This document shows positions 24,409 to 32,000 of a DNA stretch of 32,000 bases, in pieces. The DNA lies in NCBI GenBank assembly GCA_047651235.1, contig CP178758.1, forward strand, positions 1,590,001-1,622,000. Reading direction: 5' to 3'. The position numbers were made by a program, and so were the translations under genes. This stretch comes from Candidatus Electrothrix yaqonensis (GTDB lineage: Bacteria; Desulfobacterota; Desulfobulbia; Desulfobulbales; Desulfobulbaceae). The notes below the pieces were generated by a model, which saw only the letters and a program-made list of their open reading frames with translations, had not been told where the DNA came from and did not search any database. How positions within the stretch are numbered: position 1 is the first letter of the stretch; each line of letters opens with the position of its first letter.

Positions 24409-26562
24409 TTAGGCCAGAAACTGAATTTTATTCTCATTCGGTTTCATCTCCGGACACGGAGTGATCTCGATGGCCGCCTGGTGCCTGTTTTCCAGCTCTA
24501 TAATCTCCGCGCGTTTTTTGTTCAGCAGATACTGCCCGACTTCAAGGGGCAGGTTAACCTCCACGCGCTTGACTTTTTTCCGGCTCACCCCGGTCTGAAT
24601 CCGGCGGAGATAGTACAGGGCCAGGGTTTCTACGGAGCGGACCACCCCGCGCCCCTCACAGTATGCGCAACAGTGATAGCTGCCCTTTTCAATAGGCGCG
24701 CCCATCTTCTGGCGGGAAATCTGCATCAGGCCGAAACGCGAGATCCGGCTGATATCCACCTTGGCCTTGTCCCGCTTCATGGCGTTTTTGACCTTTTTTT
24801 CCACCTCCCTGATATTGCCCTTGCTGCGCATATCGATAAAATCCACCACAATCAGGCCGCCCAGATCGCGCAGACGCAGCTGGCGGGCCAGCTCTTCGGC
24901 GGCCTCCATATTGGCGAGAAAGATGGACTGCTCAAAATCCCCTTTCTGGGAGGTCCGGCCGGAGTTGACATCAATGGCCACCAAGGCTTCCGTGGGATTG
25001 ATGACAATGGAACCGCCGGAAGGGAGCTGTACCTGAGGCTGATAGATGGACTCGATCTGATCCTCAATATTACTCTGATTAAAGATCGGCTTGGCACCCC
25101 GATGCAGCCTGACCTGCACTTTTTTCTGTCTGGCCGGCAGCAGATCAATAAAATTGGTCACCTGATTGTACGCCTCATCGGTATCAACGATAATCTCCTG
25201 AATATCCGCAACAAAATGATCCCGGAGAAAGCGCAGAATCGTATCCTGATCTTCGTAAAGCAGTGCCGGGGTATCAGAACTCTGCCCCCGATCTTTTATC
25301 TCTTTCCAGAGACCGAGCAGATAACGCAGATCCTGCTGCAGGGCTGTTTTGGTGATATCGGAGCAGGCGGTGCGGACAATATAGCCGATACCCTCCGGAA
25401 TATTGAAACCGGCCATGATTTCGCGCAGCTCGCTCCGGCGCTTTTCTCCGGAAATTTTGCGGGAGACGCCTGTGCTGTCACTGCCCGGCATGAGCACCAG
25501 ACAACGCCCCGGCAAAGAGAGATAGGTGGTCATATTGGCGCCCTTATTGCCGGTCACCTCCTTGACTACCTGAACCAGGACTTCCTGGCCCCGTTTGATC
25601 ACATCTTCTATTTTCAGCTTGCGCCACTGCTGCTGCTCGATCAGTTGCCGGGCCTGCGGGCTGACGTCCTGCCGATAGTATTCAGGATGGATATCGCTGA
25701 ACGGCAGGAATCCGTTACGGCCGGTACCGATTTCCACAAAAGCGGCCTGCAGATTGGCTTCAATGGAGACAATGCGGCCCTTGTAGATATTGTTTTTGGT
25801 CCGCTCCCGCACAACCGTACTGACGTGAAACGACTCGAGACGACCGTTCTCCACCTGGGCAATGCGGCATTCTTCCGGCTCCTCGGCATTAATCAGCAGC
25901 TTGATTTTCTGTTTTTTCTGTTCCTCCTGCTCTTCTTTGCCGGAGGCAGGTTGTCTTTTCTGTTTCCTGCTGTCTTTGCTGTCTTCCGGCTCCTCCTGCG
26001 CAGAGGATTCCTCTTCTCCGGCCTGTCGTGTATTCTGTTTTTCCTGTTTGGGTGCGCTTTGCCTGTTCTTCCCGCTGGAGGCAGTTTTCCTTCTCCCCCT
26101 CTTCTGCGGCTTCTGCTGACGGGATACTTTCTGCTGTTCCTCTGCAGATTTTTCAGGTTGATAGGGCTGGTCCGTCTGTTCCGCCGGTGCCTCGGATTTT
26201 CTTGCTTTCTTTTCGAAAGCAGGCTCTTTGTTCTCTTTATTCAGCTCCTCCAGCTGACTCTGCTTTGCCTTACTGCCCTTACTGTTCTGCCCGCCGTTTG
26301 CCTTGTTTACATCTTTTGCCCCCTGTGGCGCATCAGGCACTGATTCCGGCACCGAAGCTGCCCAGTTGTCGCCCTGGTGATCAGAGCGGTCAGCGGCTGC
26401 CTCTTCTTTTACCGCCTCTGTTGCCGGTTCTCCGTTCAGTGCCTCCTGCCCCTGCCGGGCCATTTTGACGGCTTTAACGCTTTTCCACCAGGCCCCGGTG
26501 GTCACTTTACGTACTTTTTTCTCTTTTTCTTCAAGATTTTTTCCCGCTTCCTCAGTGGTCAT
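24409..26562 (-). CDS. rne: Ribonuclease E/G family endoribonuclease with N-terminal charged low-complexity extension
   Basis: S1 domain (NIYKGRIVSIEANLQAAFVEIGTGRNGFLPFSDI); catalytic core motifs (ALVAIDVNSGR, GGLIVVDFIDM); CAYCEGRG near the C-terminus. AGGAAG RBS upstream of the ATG at 26562. The core is RNase G-sized, preceded by ~220 aa rich in K/E/Q/R. Confidence 0.9.
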   Translation of the reverse strand: MTTEEAGKNLEEKEKKVRKVTTGAWWKSVKAVKMARQGQEALNGEPATEAVKEEAAADRSDHQGDNWAASVPESVPDAPQGAKDVNKANGGQNSKGSKAKQSQLEELNKENKEPAFEKKARKSEAPAEQTDQPYQPEKSAEEQQKVSRQQKPQKRGRRKTASSGKNRQSAPKQEKQNTRQAGEEESSAQEEPEDSKDSRKQKRQPASGKEEQEEQKKQKIKLLINAEEPEECRIAQVENGRLESFHVSTVVRERTKNNIYKGRIVSIEANLQAAFVEIGTGRNGFLPFSDIHPEYYRQDVSPQARQLIEQQQWRKLKIEDVIKRGQEVLVQVVKEVTGNKGANMTTYLSLPGRCLVLMPGSDSTGVSRKISGEKRRSELREIMAGFNIPEGIGYIVRTACSDITKTALQQDLRYLLGLWKEIKDRGQSSDTPALLYEDQDTILRFLRDHFVADIQEIIVDTDEAYNQVTNFIDLLPARQKKVQVRLHRGAKPIFNQSNIEDQIESIYQPQVQLPSGGSIVINPTEALVAIDVNSGRTSQKGDFEQSIFLANMEAAEELARQLRLRDLGGLIVVDFIDMRSKGNIREVEKKVKNAMKRDKAKVDISRISRFGLMQISRQKMGAPIEKGSYHCCAYCEGRGVVRSVETLALYYLRRIQTGVSRKKVKRVEVNLPLEVGQYLLNKKRAEIIELENRHQAAIEITPCPEMKPNENKIQFLA

Positions 26563-26610
26563 GATACAGTCTTCCTACAATGAAAAATAAACAATACAAG
26601 CAGCCGCTCT

Positions 26611-27651
26611 TCAGTCTCGTTCGGGCACGGGATGCCGGACAGCCTGACCAGTTATCCGGGCTGTCTGATAATAGACGCTGTCATCGTGGAACCGTTGTTG
26701 TATGCAGCCGTCCCGGACAAGAGTGTCAAGCAGTTGCTCAACCTTATCCGCCCCTCCGAGATGGAAGGTGCGGTTGATATCTGCGGCCGTACAGGGCCGC
26801 CGTTGCAGCATTTCTGTCACCTCAGCGATGAATGCCTGTCTGTCGGCATCACGGTCAAGGTTAAAAAAAAATTTTGCCGGTTTTACCTTTTCCGGCTCAT
26901 CTTCCTGGGCCGCTTTACAGGCCAGCACGTCAACAGGGCGTGACGGATCATCCTGCTCAAACTGCCGGGCAATCGCCGTCATCTCTTCTCTGGTCAGCGG
27001 CCGAGCAAAGGCCTCCAAGGGCGGACGGGCTACCGTATTGAGCTGGATCCGGTCAAGCCGCATCTGTCCGGCTGCGCGGCGCAGAGCGAGCACCTCTTCC
27101 TCGGAATCGTTGATCCCCCGGGCAAACAGAATTTCCAGCCAGAGCTTCCCTGTGTATTCATGCGAAAAGGAAATCAGCCCTTCTATGACCTGGTGGAGAT
27201 CCACGCAGCGGGCCGGGCGGTCAATCTTTCTGAATCCTGTCGGCAGGGCAGAGTCCAACGAAGGAATCACCACATCGGCGGCGGCTGTTTCCTGCCGAAC
27301 CACCGGATCATACAGGGTTGTGCCGTTGGTCAGCACAGCAACAGGCTTTGCCGTGTTTTCTTTCAGATAATCAATGATTTTTCCGAAATCGGAGTGCAGG
27401 GTGGGTTCGCCGCTGGCAGTGACCGTGATGAAATCCAGTTCCGCAACCCGATCCTGATCCTGACAGTAGGAGTCAATCTCTGCAAGAATACCTGCTGTCG
27501 GCGCATATGCAGCGCGTCTGCAGGTCAGACGGGTTGTTGCGCCCACTTCACAGTAGATACAGTTCAAGGTGCAGACTTTTTCCCGGAAAAGATCAACTCC
27601 GAGAGAGCGTCCGAGCCGCCGGGAATTCACCGGGCCGAAGATGTGCTTCAT
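26611..27651 (-). CDS. Radical SAM protein (COG0731-like)
   Basis: N-terminal IFGPVNSRRLGRSLGVDL followed by a CxxxCxxC cluster (CTLNCIYC). 346 aa; directly upstream of rne on the same strand. Confidence 0.75.
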   Translation of the reverse strand: MKHIFGPVNSRRLGRSLGVDLFREKVCTLNCIYCEVGATTRLTCRRAAYAPTAGILAEIDSYCQDQDRVAELDFITVTASGEPTLHSDFGKIIDYLKENTAKPVAVLTNGTTLYDPVVRQETAAADVVIPSLDSALPTGFRKIDRPARCVDLHQVIEGLISFSHEYTGKLWLEILFARGINDSEEEVLALRRAAGQMRLDRIQLNTVARPPLEAFARPLTREEMTAIARQFEQDDPSRPVDVLACKAAQEDEPEKVKPAKFFFNLDRDADRQAFIAEVTEMLQRRPCTAADINRTFHLGGADKVEQLLDTLVRDGCIQQRFHDDSVYYQTARITGQAVRHPVPERD

Positions 27652-27924
27652 AAAACAGCGCAGGTGCCCGGTAGGTTCCGGGCACAGAATGAACTCTAAT
27701 TTCTATAATTATATAAAAAATCTATATAAAATCAGATATAATCCGTTGGCCGGACTCTATCGGAAAGCCGAAAAAACAGGGGCGGACAGAACCGCCGGAA
27801 TAACCTTTTGTCATAAAACAATTTATTGCTTTACGCAAGGGGAATCTGGCGACCGGTACACCTCCGGGCCGATACCACTTTACTTTTTTCCGGCTCTGAG
27901 GTATTTGTATCTGTATCCTTTTTC

Positions 27925-27953
27925 TTGACACAAAAAGGCCAGGCGCGTACATT
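27925..27953 (+). promoter_or_regulatory. Candidate sigma-70 promoter for lptD
   Basis: TTGACA (27925-27930), 17-nt spacer, TACATT (27948-27953). ~70 nt upstream of the lptD start. Confidence 0.45.
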
Positions 27954-28025
27954 CGTCTGCATGTATTCCTGAATTTTCCCAGTTATCTCTTGCTCCTTTT
28001 GAGCAAGCCACAGGAGCGTATCGAG

Positions 28026-30575
28026 GTGCATTACCGAACCCCTTTTTTTTCAGTCATACCCCTCGGCTGTTTCATCAGCACGGTCAGCGTTTTTACTTTT
28101 TTCACTTTTACTGCAACAGATGCCTGTGCCGAAGCAGTCAGGGCATTGCAGTGGGAAATTACCGCCGACAAACTGACACGATTTGAAGACCCGGCTAGCA
28201 TTATTGCGGAAGGAAATGTTGTCCTGCAGAAAATCGAAAACGTCACAGGCACTGCTCAAGCCGAATCGGATACGGATGATTGGAGTGACCTGCTCGGTGA
28301 GGATGCCGTGACTGCGCGGGACACGAAAGAAGAGGCGAAAAAAGAAGAAAAAAAGGACACGGAATTCGGAGAGGCAAAGGAGAATACACTGATTTCGCCG
28401 AAAGCCGTTCCGGTTATGCAGGAGGTGGATGTACTCCCGGAAGCAGAACCTTCGGAGGGTACGGCAGTTTCAGCTGCTCTGGAGAAGGGTAACAATGAAC
28501 CGGATACCGAACAGAGCGAGGAAGAGGCATCTGTCACGTCTTCCGTGATGACCACCATTAAAGCGGATTGGATCGTTTATGATGTGGATCTGGGAACCGT
28601 CAAGCTGCGCGGCAATGTACTTATCGACGTCGGGCCGGATAAGATAAACGCCACCGAAGGCGTGGTCAATCTGAACAGAGAAACCGGCACGTTCAAAGAA
28701 GCCACTGTCCTGCGCCAGTACAAGGACATGCGGATTGAAGGTCAGGTCATCGAAAAAACAGGCGACCTGACCTATCATATTGAAAACGGCTGGGTCATCA
28801 CCTGTAAACTGAAGGAAGGGGAAACCCCGCCCTGGAGTTTTCATGCCGATGATGCGAAAATCACGGACGGCGGCTATGCCTATCTCAAAGGAGCCACATT
28901 CCGGATCAAGGATACACCTGTTCTCTACTCGCCGGTTTTGCTCCTGCCTGCCAAACGCAGTAGGCAGACAGGCCTGCTTTTTCCCTCTGCCGCCCTCTCG
29001 GACCGGGACGGATTCAGCCTTGAGTGGCCGCTGTTCATCAATCTTTCGCCGAGCAGCGATATCACCCTCTATCCGCATTATTTCGCCGAACGGGGGTTCA
29101 TGGCCGGTGCAGAAATGCGCTACATGCTGGATCAGCACTCCAAAGGCACCATTATGGGAAACTTTCTGGATGACGATCTCAGCGACATCAACGATCCGGC
29201 CAATGACGAGAACTATACCGACGGAGGATATACCCATACAAATCAGGAACGTTACTGGCTCCGCAGCAAGGCGGACCAAAAACTCGGCGAATGGATTACC
29301 CGACTTGACATAGATCTTGTCTCAGATCAGGATTACCTGACCGAGTTCACCAACGGATTCACCGGCTTTACTGTCAGCGACAGACGTCTTTCCGAACAGT
29401 TCGGTCGTGGACTGCAGGACAAGACTGTCTACGAACGGGAAAACAAACTGACCGCCCTACGGTCCTGGTCCAACGGAACTTCTCTGGAAGCCACCCTGAA
29501 GGGGATTGACGACCTGCTGGAAGAGCAGCGTACAGATACCGATGTCAGCCCTCTGTGGAAATTTCCGGAAATTAACTACAGAGGGCTGGTACCGGTATAC
29601 GAAACCGATGTGGACTTCTCCTGGGACGCCGATTATGTGTACTACAAACGCGACTTGGGCGTGGAAGCGCAGAGAGTTGACCTGCATCCCCGGCTGAAAA
29701 CTTCGGTCCCCATGCTGAGCAAATATCTCGAAACCACAGTGGGTGCCGGACTCAGGGAAACTTTATATGCCATTGATGACAACGGCGTCAAAGAATGGCA
29801 GGACAGCGATACGGAGAGCCGTCTTCTTGCAGACTTTGATGCGGAGATCGGCACGACCCTGCGCAAAGATTTTCCTCTCAAAGGCAAAGAATTCTCCGGC
29901 TGGAGTCACACTCTGCGTCCGTTTGTCCGCTATAATTATGTCACAGATCCTGATGAAGAGAATCTTCCCCGATTTGACTCCGTTGATACCGCCGGAAACC
30001 GGAACGCTGTAACTTACGGCGTCAATAACTTCTTTCATCTTGCCGGACCGGAAGAACAGGAAGACCTTGAACGGGAATACGGATACATCAAAGTACAGCA
30101 GACCTATGATCTCCGCAGTGAAACAGATGAAGAGCCTCTGTCGCCGATTCAGTTCCGTCTTGCCTGGAACCCCCTGACAGCACTGAACTTCAAGTACTCG
30201 ACAGATCTTAATGTATATGATGACGGTTTCACCCATCATACCCTTGAAGGGGATTACTGGAACAGCCGGGGCGATCTGTTGTCCATAGATTACCTCTTTA
30301 ACGCCGCTCCGACTGAAGAGGCAGAAGATACCAGTTCAATCAGACTTATCACCAGGGTAGGACTGCTCTATAATATTGCGGTCGGTTATTCGCTGGAACA
30401 GTCCATTGAAGACTCAGTCACCATTTCCGAAAAGATCAATCTGATCTACAGTCCGTCCTGCTGGTCTGTTGAACTGGCTGCTGATGTTACCCCGGATAAC
30501 GAGCAGATCATGGTGATGTTCAAACTGGCCAACATCGGCGCTCCCTTTGGTATCGATCTGATGCCCGGTAACTGA
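28026..30575 (+). CDS. lptD: LPS-assembly outer-membrane protein LptD (OstA family)
   Basis: Signal-like N-terminus; OstA N-terminal jellyroll segments (..IIAEGNVVLQK.., ..VKLRGNVLIDVG..INATEGVVNLNRETGTFKEA..). Large C-terminal beta-barrel (..TGLLFPS.., many aromatic-terminated strands). I prefer GTG at 28026, with AGGAG 9 nt upstream; the ORF-track TTG at 27990 is the alternative. Confidence 0.88.
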   Translation: MHYRTPFFSVIPLGCFISTVSVFTFFTFTATDACAEAVRALQWEITADKLTRFEDPASIIAEGNVVLQKIENVTGTAQAESDTDDWSDLLGEDAVTARDTKEEAKKEEKKDTEFGEAKENTLISPKAVPVMQEVDVLPEAEPSEGTAVSAALEKGNNEPDTEQSEEEASVTSSVMTTIKADWIVYDVDLGTVKLRGNVLIDVGPDKINATEGVVNLNRETGTFKEATVLRQYKDMRIEGQVIEKTGDLTYHIENGWVITCKLKEGETPPWSFHADDAKITDGGYAYLKGATFRIKDTPVLYSPVLLLPAKRSRQTGLLFPSAALSDRDGFSLEWPLFINLSPSSDITLYPHYFAERGFMAGAEMRYMLDQHSKGTIMGNFLDDDLSDINDPANDENYTDGGYTHTNQERYWLRSKADQKLGEWITRLDIDLVSDQDYLTEFTNGFTGFTVSDRRLSEQFGRGLQDKTVYERENKLTALRSWSNGTSLEATLKGIDDLLEEQRTDTDVSPLWKFPEINYRGLVPVYETDVDFSWDADYVYYKRDLGVEAQRVDLHPRLKTSVPMLSKYLETTVGAGLRETLYAIDDNGVKEWQDSDTESRLLADFDAEIGTTLRKDFPLKGKEFSGWSHTLRPFVRYNYVTDPDEENLPRFDSVDTAGNRNAVTYGVNNFFHLAGPEEQEDLEREYGYIKVQQTYDLRSETDEEPLSPIQFRLAWNPLTALNFKYSTDLNVYDDGFTHHTLEGDYWNSRGDLLSIDYLFNAAPTEEAEDTSSIRLITRVGLLYNIAVGYSLEQSIEDSVTISEKINLIYSPSCWSVELAADVTPDNEQIMVMFKLANIGAPFGIDLMPGN

Positions 30576-30644
30576 TTCATTTTTCTGCACACGGGACTGT
30601 CAGGGGTGCTTAACGAACATAGTAATGATAGTAATGGACAGAGA

Positions 30645-31619
30645 ATGAAGTATATTGATGTATTTAATGGCGATGCCGACGGCATCTGCGCCCTGCATCA
30701 GCTCAGGCTGCATGAACCCTGCCCGGAGGCACGACTTGTCAGCGGGGTCAAACGGGATATTGCCCTGCTGCAACAGATTGAGGATGTCCGCAGCAGGACG
30801 GTGACTGTGCTGGACATCTCCCTTGACCGGAACCGGGAGAGTCTGGAAAAACTGCTGGCAGGCGGAAATACAGTTTTTTATGCGGATCACCATTATGCTG
30901 GTGCAGTGCCGGATGCTGACCTGCTGACTGCGCATATTGATCCGGAACCGCTGATCTGCACCGCTCTGATCATCAACCGGCTGCTTGAGGGGAAATATCC
31001 CCTGTGGGCGATAGCCGGTGCGTTCGGCGATAATCTTGATGAATCCGCTCTGCAGCTTGCAAACCAGTCAGGACTTGCTCAGGAGGCAATCGACCGGCTC
31101 AGGGAGATCGGTATTCTGCTCAACTATAACGGCTACGGGGCAACCCTTGAAGATCTGTTTTTTCATCCGGCAGAACTGTTCCGGCAGGTACAGCCCTACA
31201 CGGATCCACTGGAATTTTATGCCGATTCTCCGGCAATGCAGACCCTGCAGCGGGGATATCAGGAGGATATGGAGCAGGCCATGTCCTTTACACCTGTGCA
31301 TCAGGATGAAGCGGGCCGCATCTATCAGCTTCCTGCTGCAGCTTGGGCGCGCCGGGTGGCCGGGGTATACTCTAATACTTTGGCCCGCCAGCAACCTGAC
31401 TTTGCCCATGCCCTGCTGACCGAAAATAAGGACGGGACGCTGCGGATCAGCGTGCGTGCCCCTCTGCACAACCGGCACGGGGCAGATACCCTGTGCCGGC
31501 AGTTTCCGACCGGCGGCGGCAGGGCTGCTGCAGCCGGAATCAATGCTCTGCCTGCCGGGGAACTCGACGAATTCATCAGAGCTTTCAGCAGACAGTTCGG
31601 GCCGTCCTCTCCCGCATAA
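30645..31619 (+). CDS. DHH-family phosphoesterase-like protein
   Basis: MKYIDVFNGDADGICALHQL (Asp-rich motif I/II-like) and FYADHHYAG (DHH motif). ATG at 30645 is preferred over the GTG at 30606. Confidence 0.5.
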   Translation: MKYIDVFNGDADGICALHQLRLHEPCPEARLVSGVKRDIALLQQIEDVRSRTVTVLDISLDRNRESLEKLLAGGNTVFYADHHYAGAVPDADLLTAHIDPEPLICTALIINRLLEGKYPLWAIAGAFGDNLDESALQLANQSGLAQEAIDRLREIGILLNYNGYGATLEDLFFHPAELFRQVQPYTDPLEFYADSPAMQTLQRGYQEDMEQAMSFTPVHQDEAGRIYQLPAAAWARRVAGVYSNTLARQQPDFAHALLTENKDGTLRISVRAPLHNRHGADTLCRQFPTGGGRAAAAGINALPAGELDEFIRAFSRQFGPSSPA

Positions 31620-31645
31620 CCCAATCCATCCAGTCAAACTTTTTT

Positions 31646-32000
31646 ATGTATTCACTGCCTCGGCGAATTTGTTATATTCATCTTTATCTTATCCTCCCTG
31701 TCTTCCTGTTGTCTGTTCTGCCTGCAGCAGTCCAGGCAAAACCGGTACCGGCCATCATTGTTGAAGACAAACAGCCGATCAATCTGGAGCAGAAAAAATA
31801 TAGAGAACTGTTTCAGGAGCTGGAAAAGGACCATCAATTCTCCCCGGAACAACTGCATCAGACATTTCAGGGGGTGAAAATATCCAAACGGGTTCTTGAG
31901 CTTATGGATAAGCAATGGAAACCCAGACCGTATTACGAGTATTTTCCTCTTTTCCTGACCCGGAAAACCATTCTTACCGGCAAAATCAAAATCAAACTCT
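31646..32000 (+). CDS. Lytic murein transglycosylase (MltB-like), 3' end outside window
   Basis: My own translation from the ATG at 31646: MYSLPRRICYIHLYLILPVFLLSVLPAAVQA|KP.. (signal peptide). Then ..YRELFQELEKDHQFSPEQLHQTFQGVKISKRVLELMDKQWKPRPYYEYFPLFLTRKTILTG.., which resembles the MltB N-terminal region. Open to the window end. Confidence 0.55.
   Translation, partial: MYSLPRRICYIHLYLILPVFLLSVLPAAVQAKPVPAIIVEDKQPINLEQKKYRELFQELEKDHQFSPEQLHQTFQGVKISKRVLELMDKQWKPRPYYEYFPLFLTRKTILTGKIKIKL

Noticed and set aside
24481-26343. 620-aa ORF on the + strand
   Set aside because: It is entirely antisense to the well-supported RNase E/G gene. It has a low-complexity, Leu/Phe/Gly/Arg-rich translation with no motif or RBS. 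This is the typical mirror ORF of a highly biased coding strand.
27664-27685. 8-bp-stem hairpin gtgcccgg-taggtt-ccgggcac as a terminator or riboregulator
   Set aside because: No T-tract and no upstream + strand gene to terminate. On the - strand it lies in the 5' leader, 12 nt before the radical SAM ATG. A function is possible but cannot be supported from sequence alone.
1-32000. tRNA, rRNA or tmRNA genes in intergenic regions
   Set aside because: I scanned the larger intergenic gaps (5734-5818, 6371-6532, 8303-8445, 17257-17849, 19194-19390, 27652-27989) by eye. I found no T-arm (GTTCGAATC-like) or cloverleaf-compatible sequence.

Overview
32-kb bacterial chromosomal window. Gene content suggests a Desulfobacterota/deltaproteobacterial-type Gram-negative, but that is inference only. 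The left third is a + strand housekeeping block: DUF2232-like membrane protein (5' partial), rplI, dnaB, a Uma2-family endonuclease, leuS, lptE and adenine deaminase. The centre (8.4-16.5 kb) stands out. mglB (Roadblock/LC7) and mglA (Ras-like polarity GTPase) are followed on the same strand by a 2,081-aa hyper-acidic protein. The 3' half of that gene is an array of 10 complete plus 1 partial near-identical 261-bp (87-aa) tandem repeats. Eight bp later comes an orphan SdhC/FrdC-type (b558 family) dihaem cytochrome b with no flavoprotein or Fe-S partners nearby. Next are a secreted Cys-containing protein (-), a stand-alone two-CW-type Cys-rich miniprotein with a candidate sigma-54 promoter, and tilS (-). 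A ~5-kb decayed accessory patch (19.3-24.4 kb) follows. It holds an IS701-family transposase pseudogene, an IS630-family element with an A8 slippery site, an IS630-derived miniature element, and two copies of a 103-bp TA-flanked MITE. These insertions have broken unknown-function genes, one of which is split exactly in frame. The right third has RNase E/G with an N-terminal charged extension (-), a radical SAM protein (-), lptD, a DHH-type phosphoesterase-like protein, and the 5' end of an MltB-like lytic transglycosylase. I recognised no rRNA, tRNA or CRISPR array.
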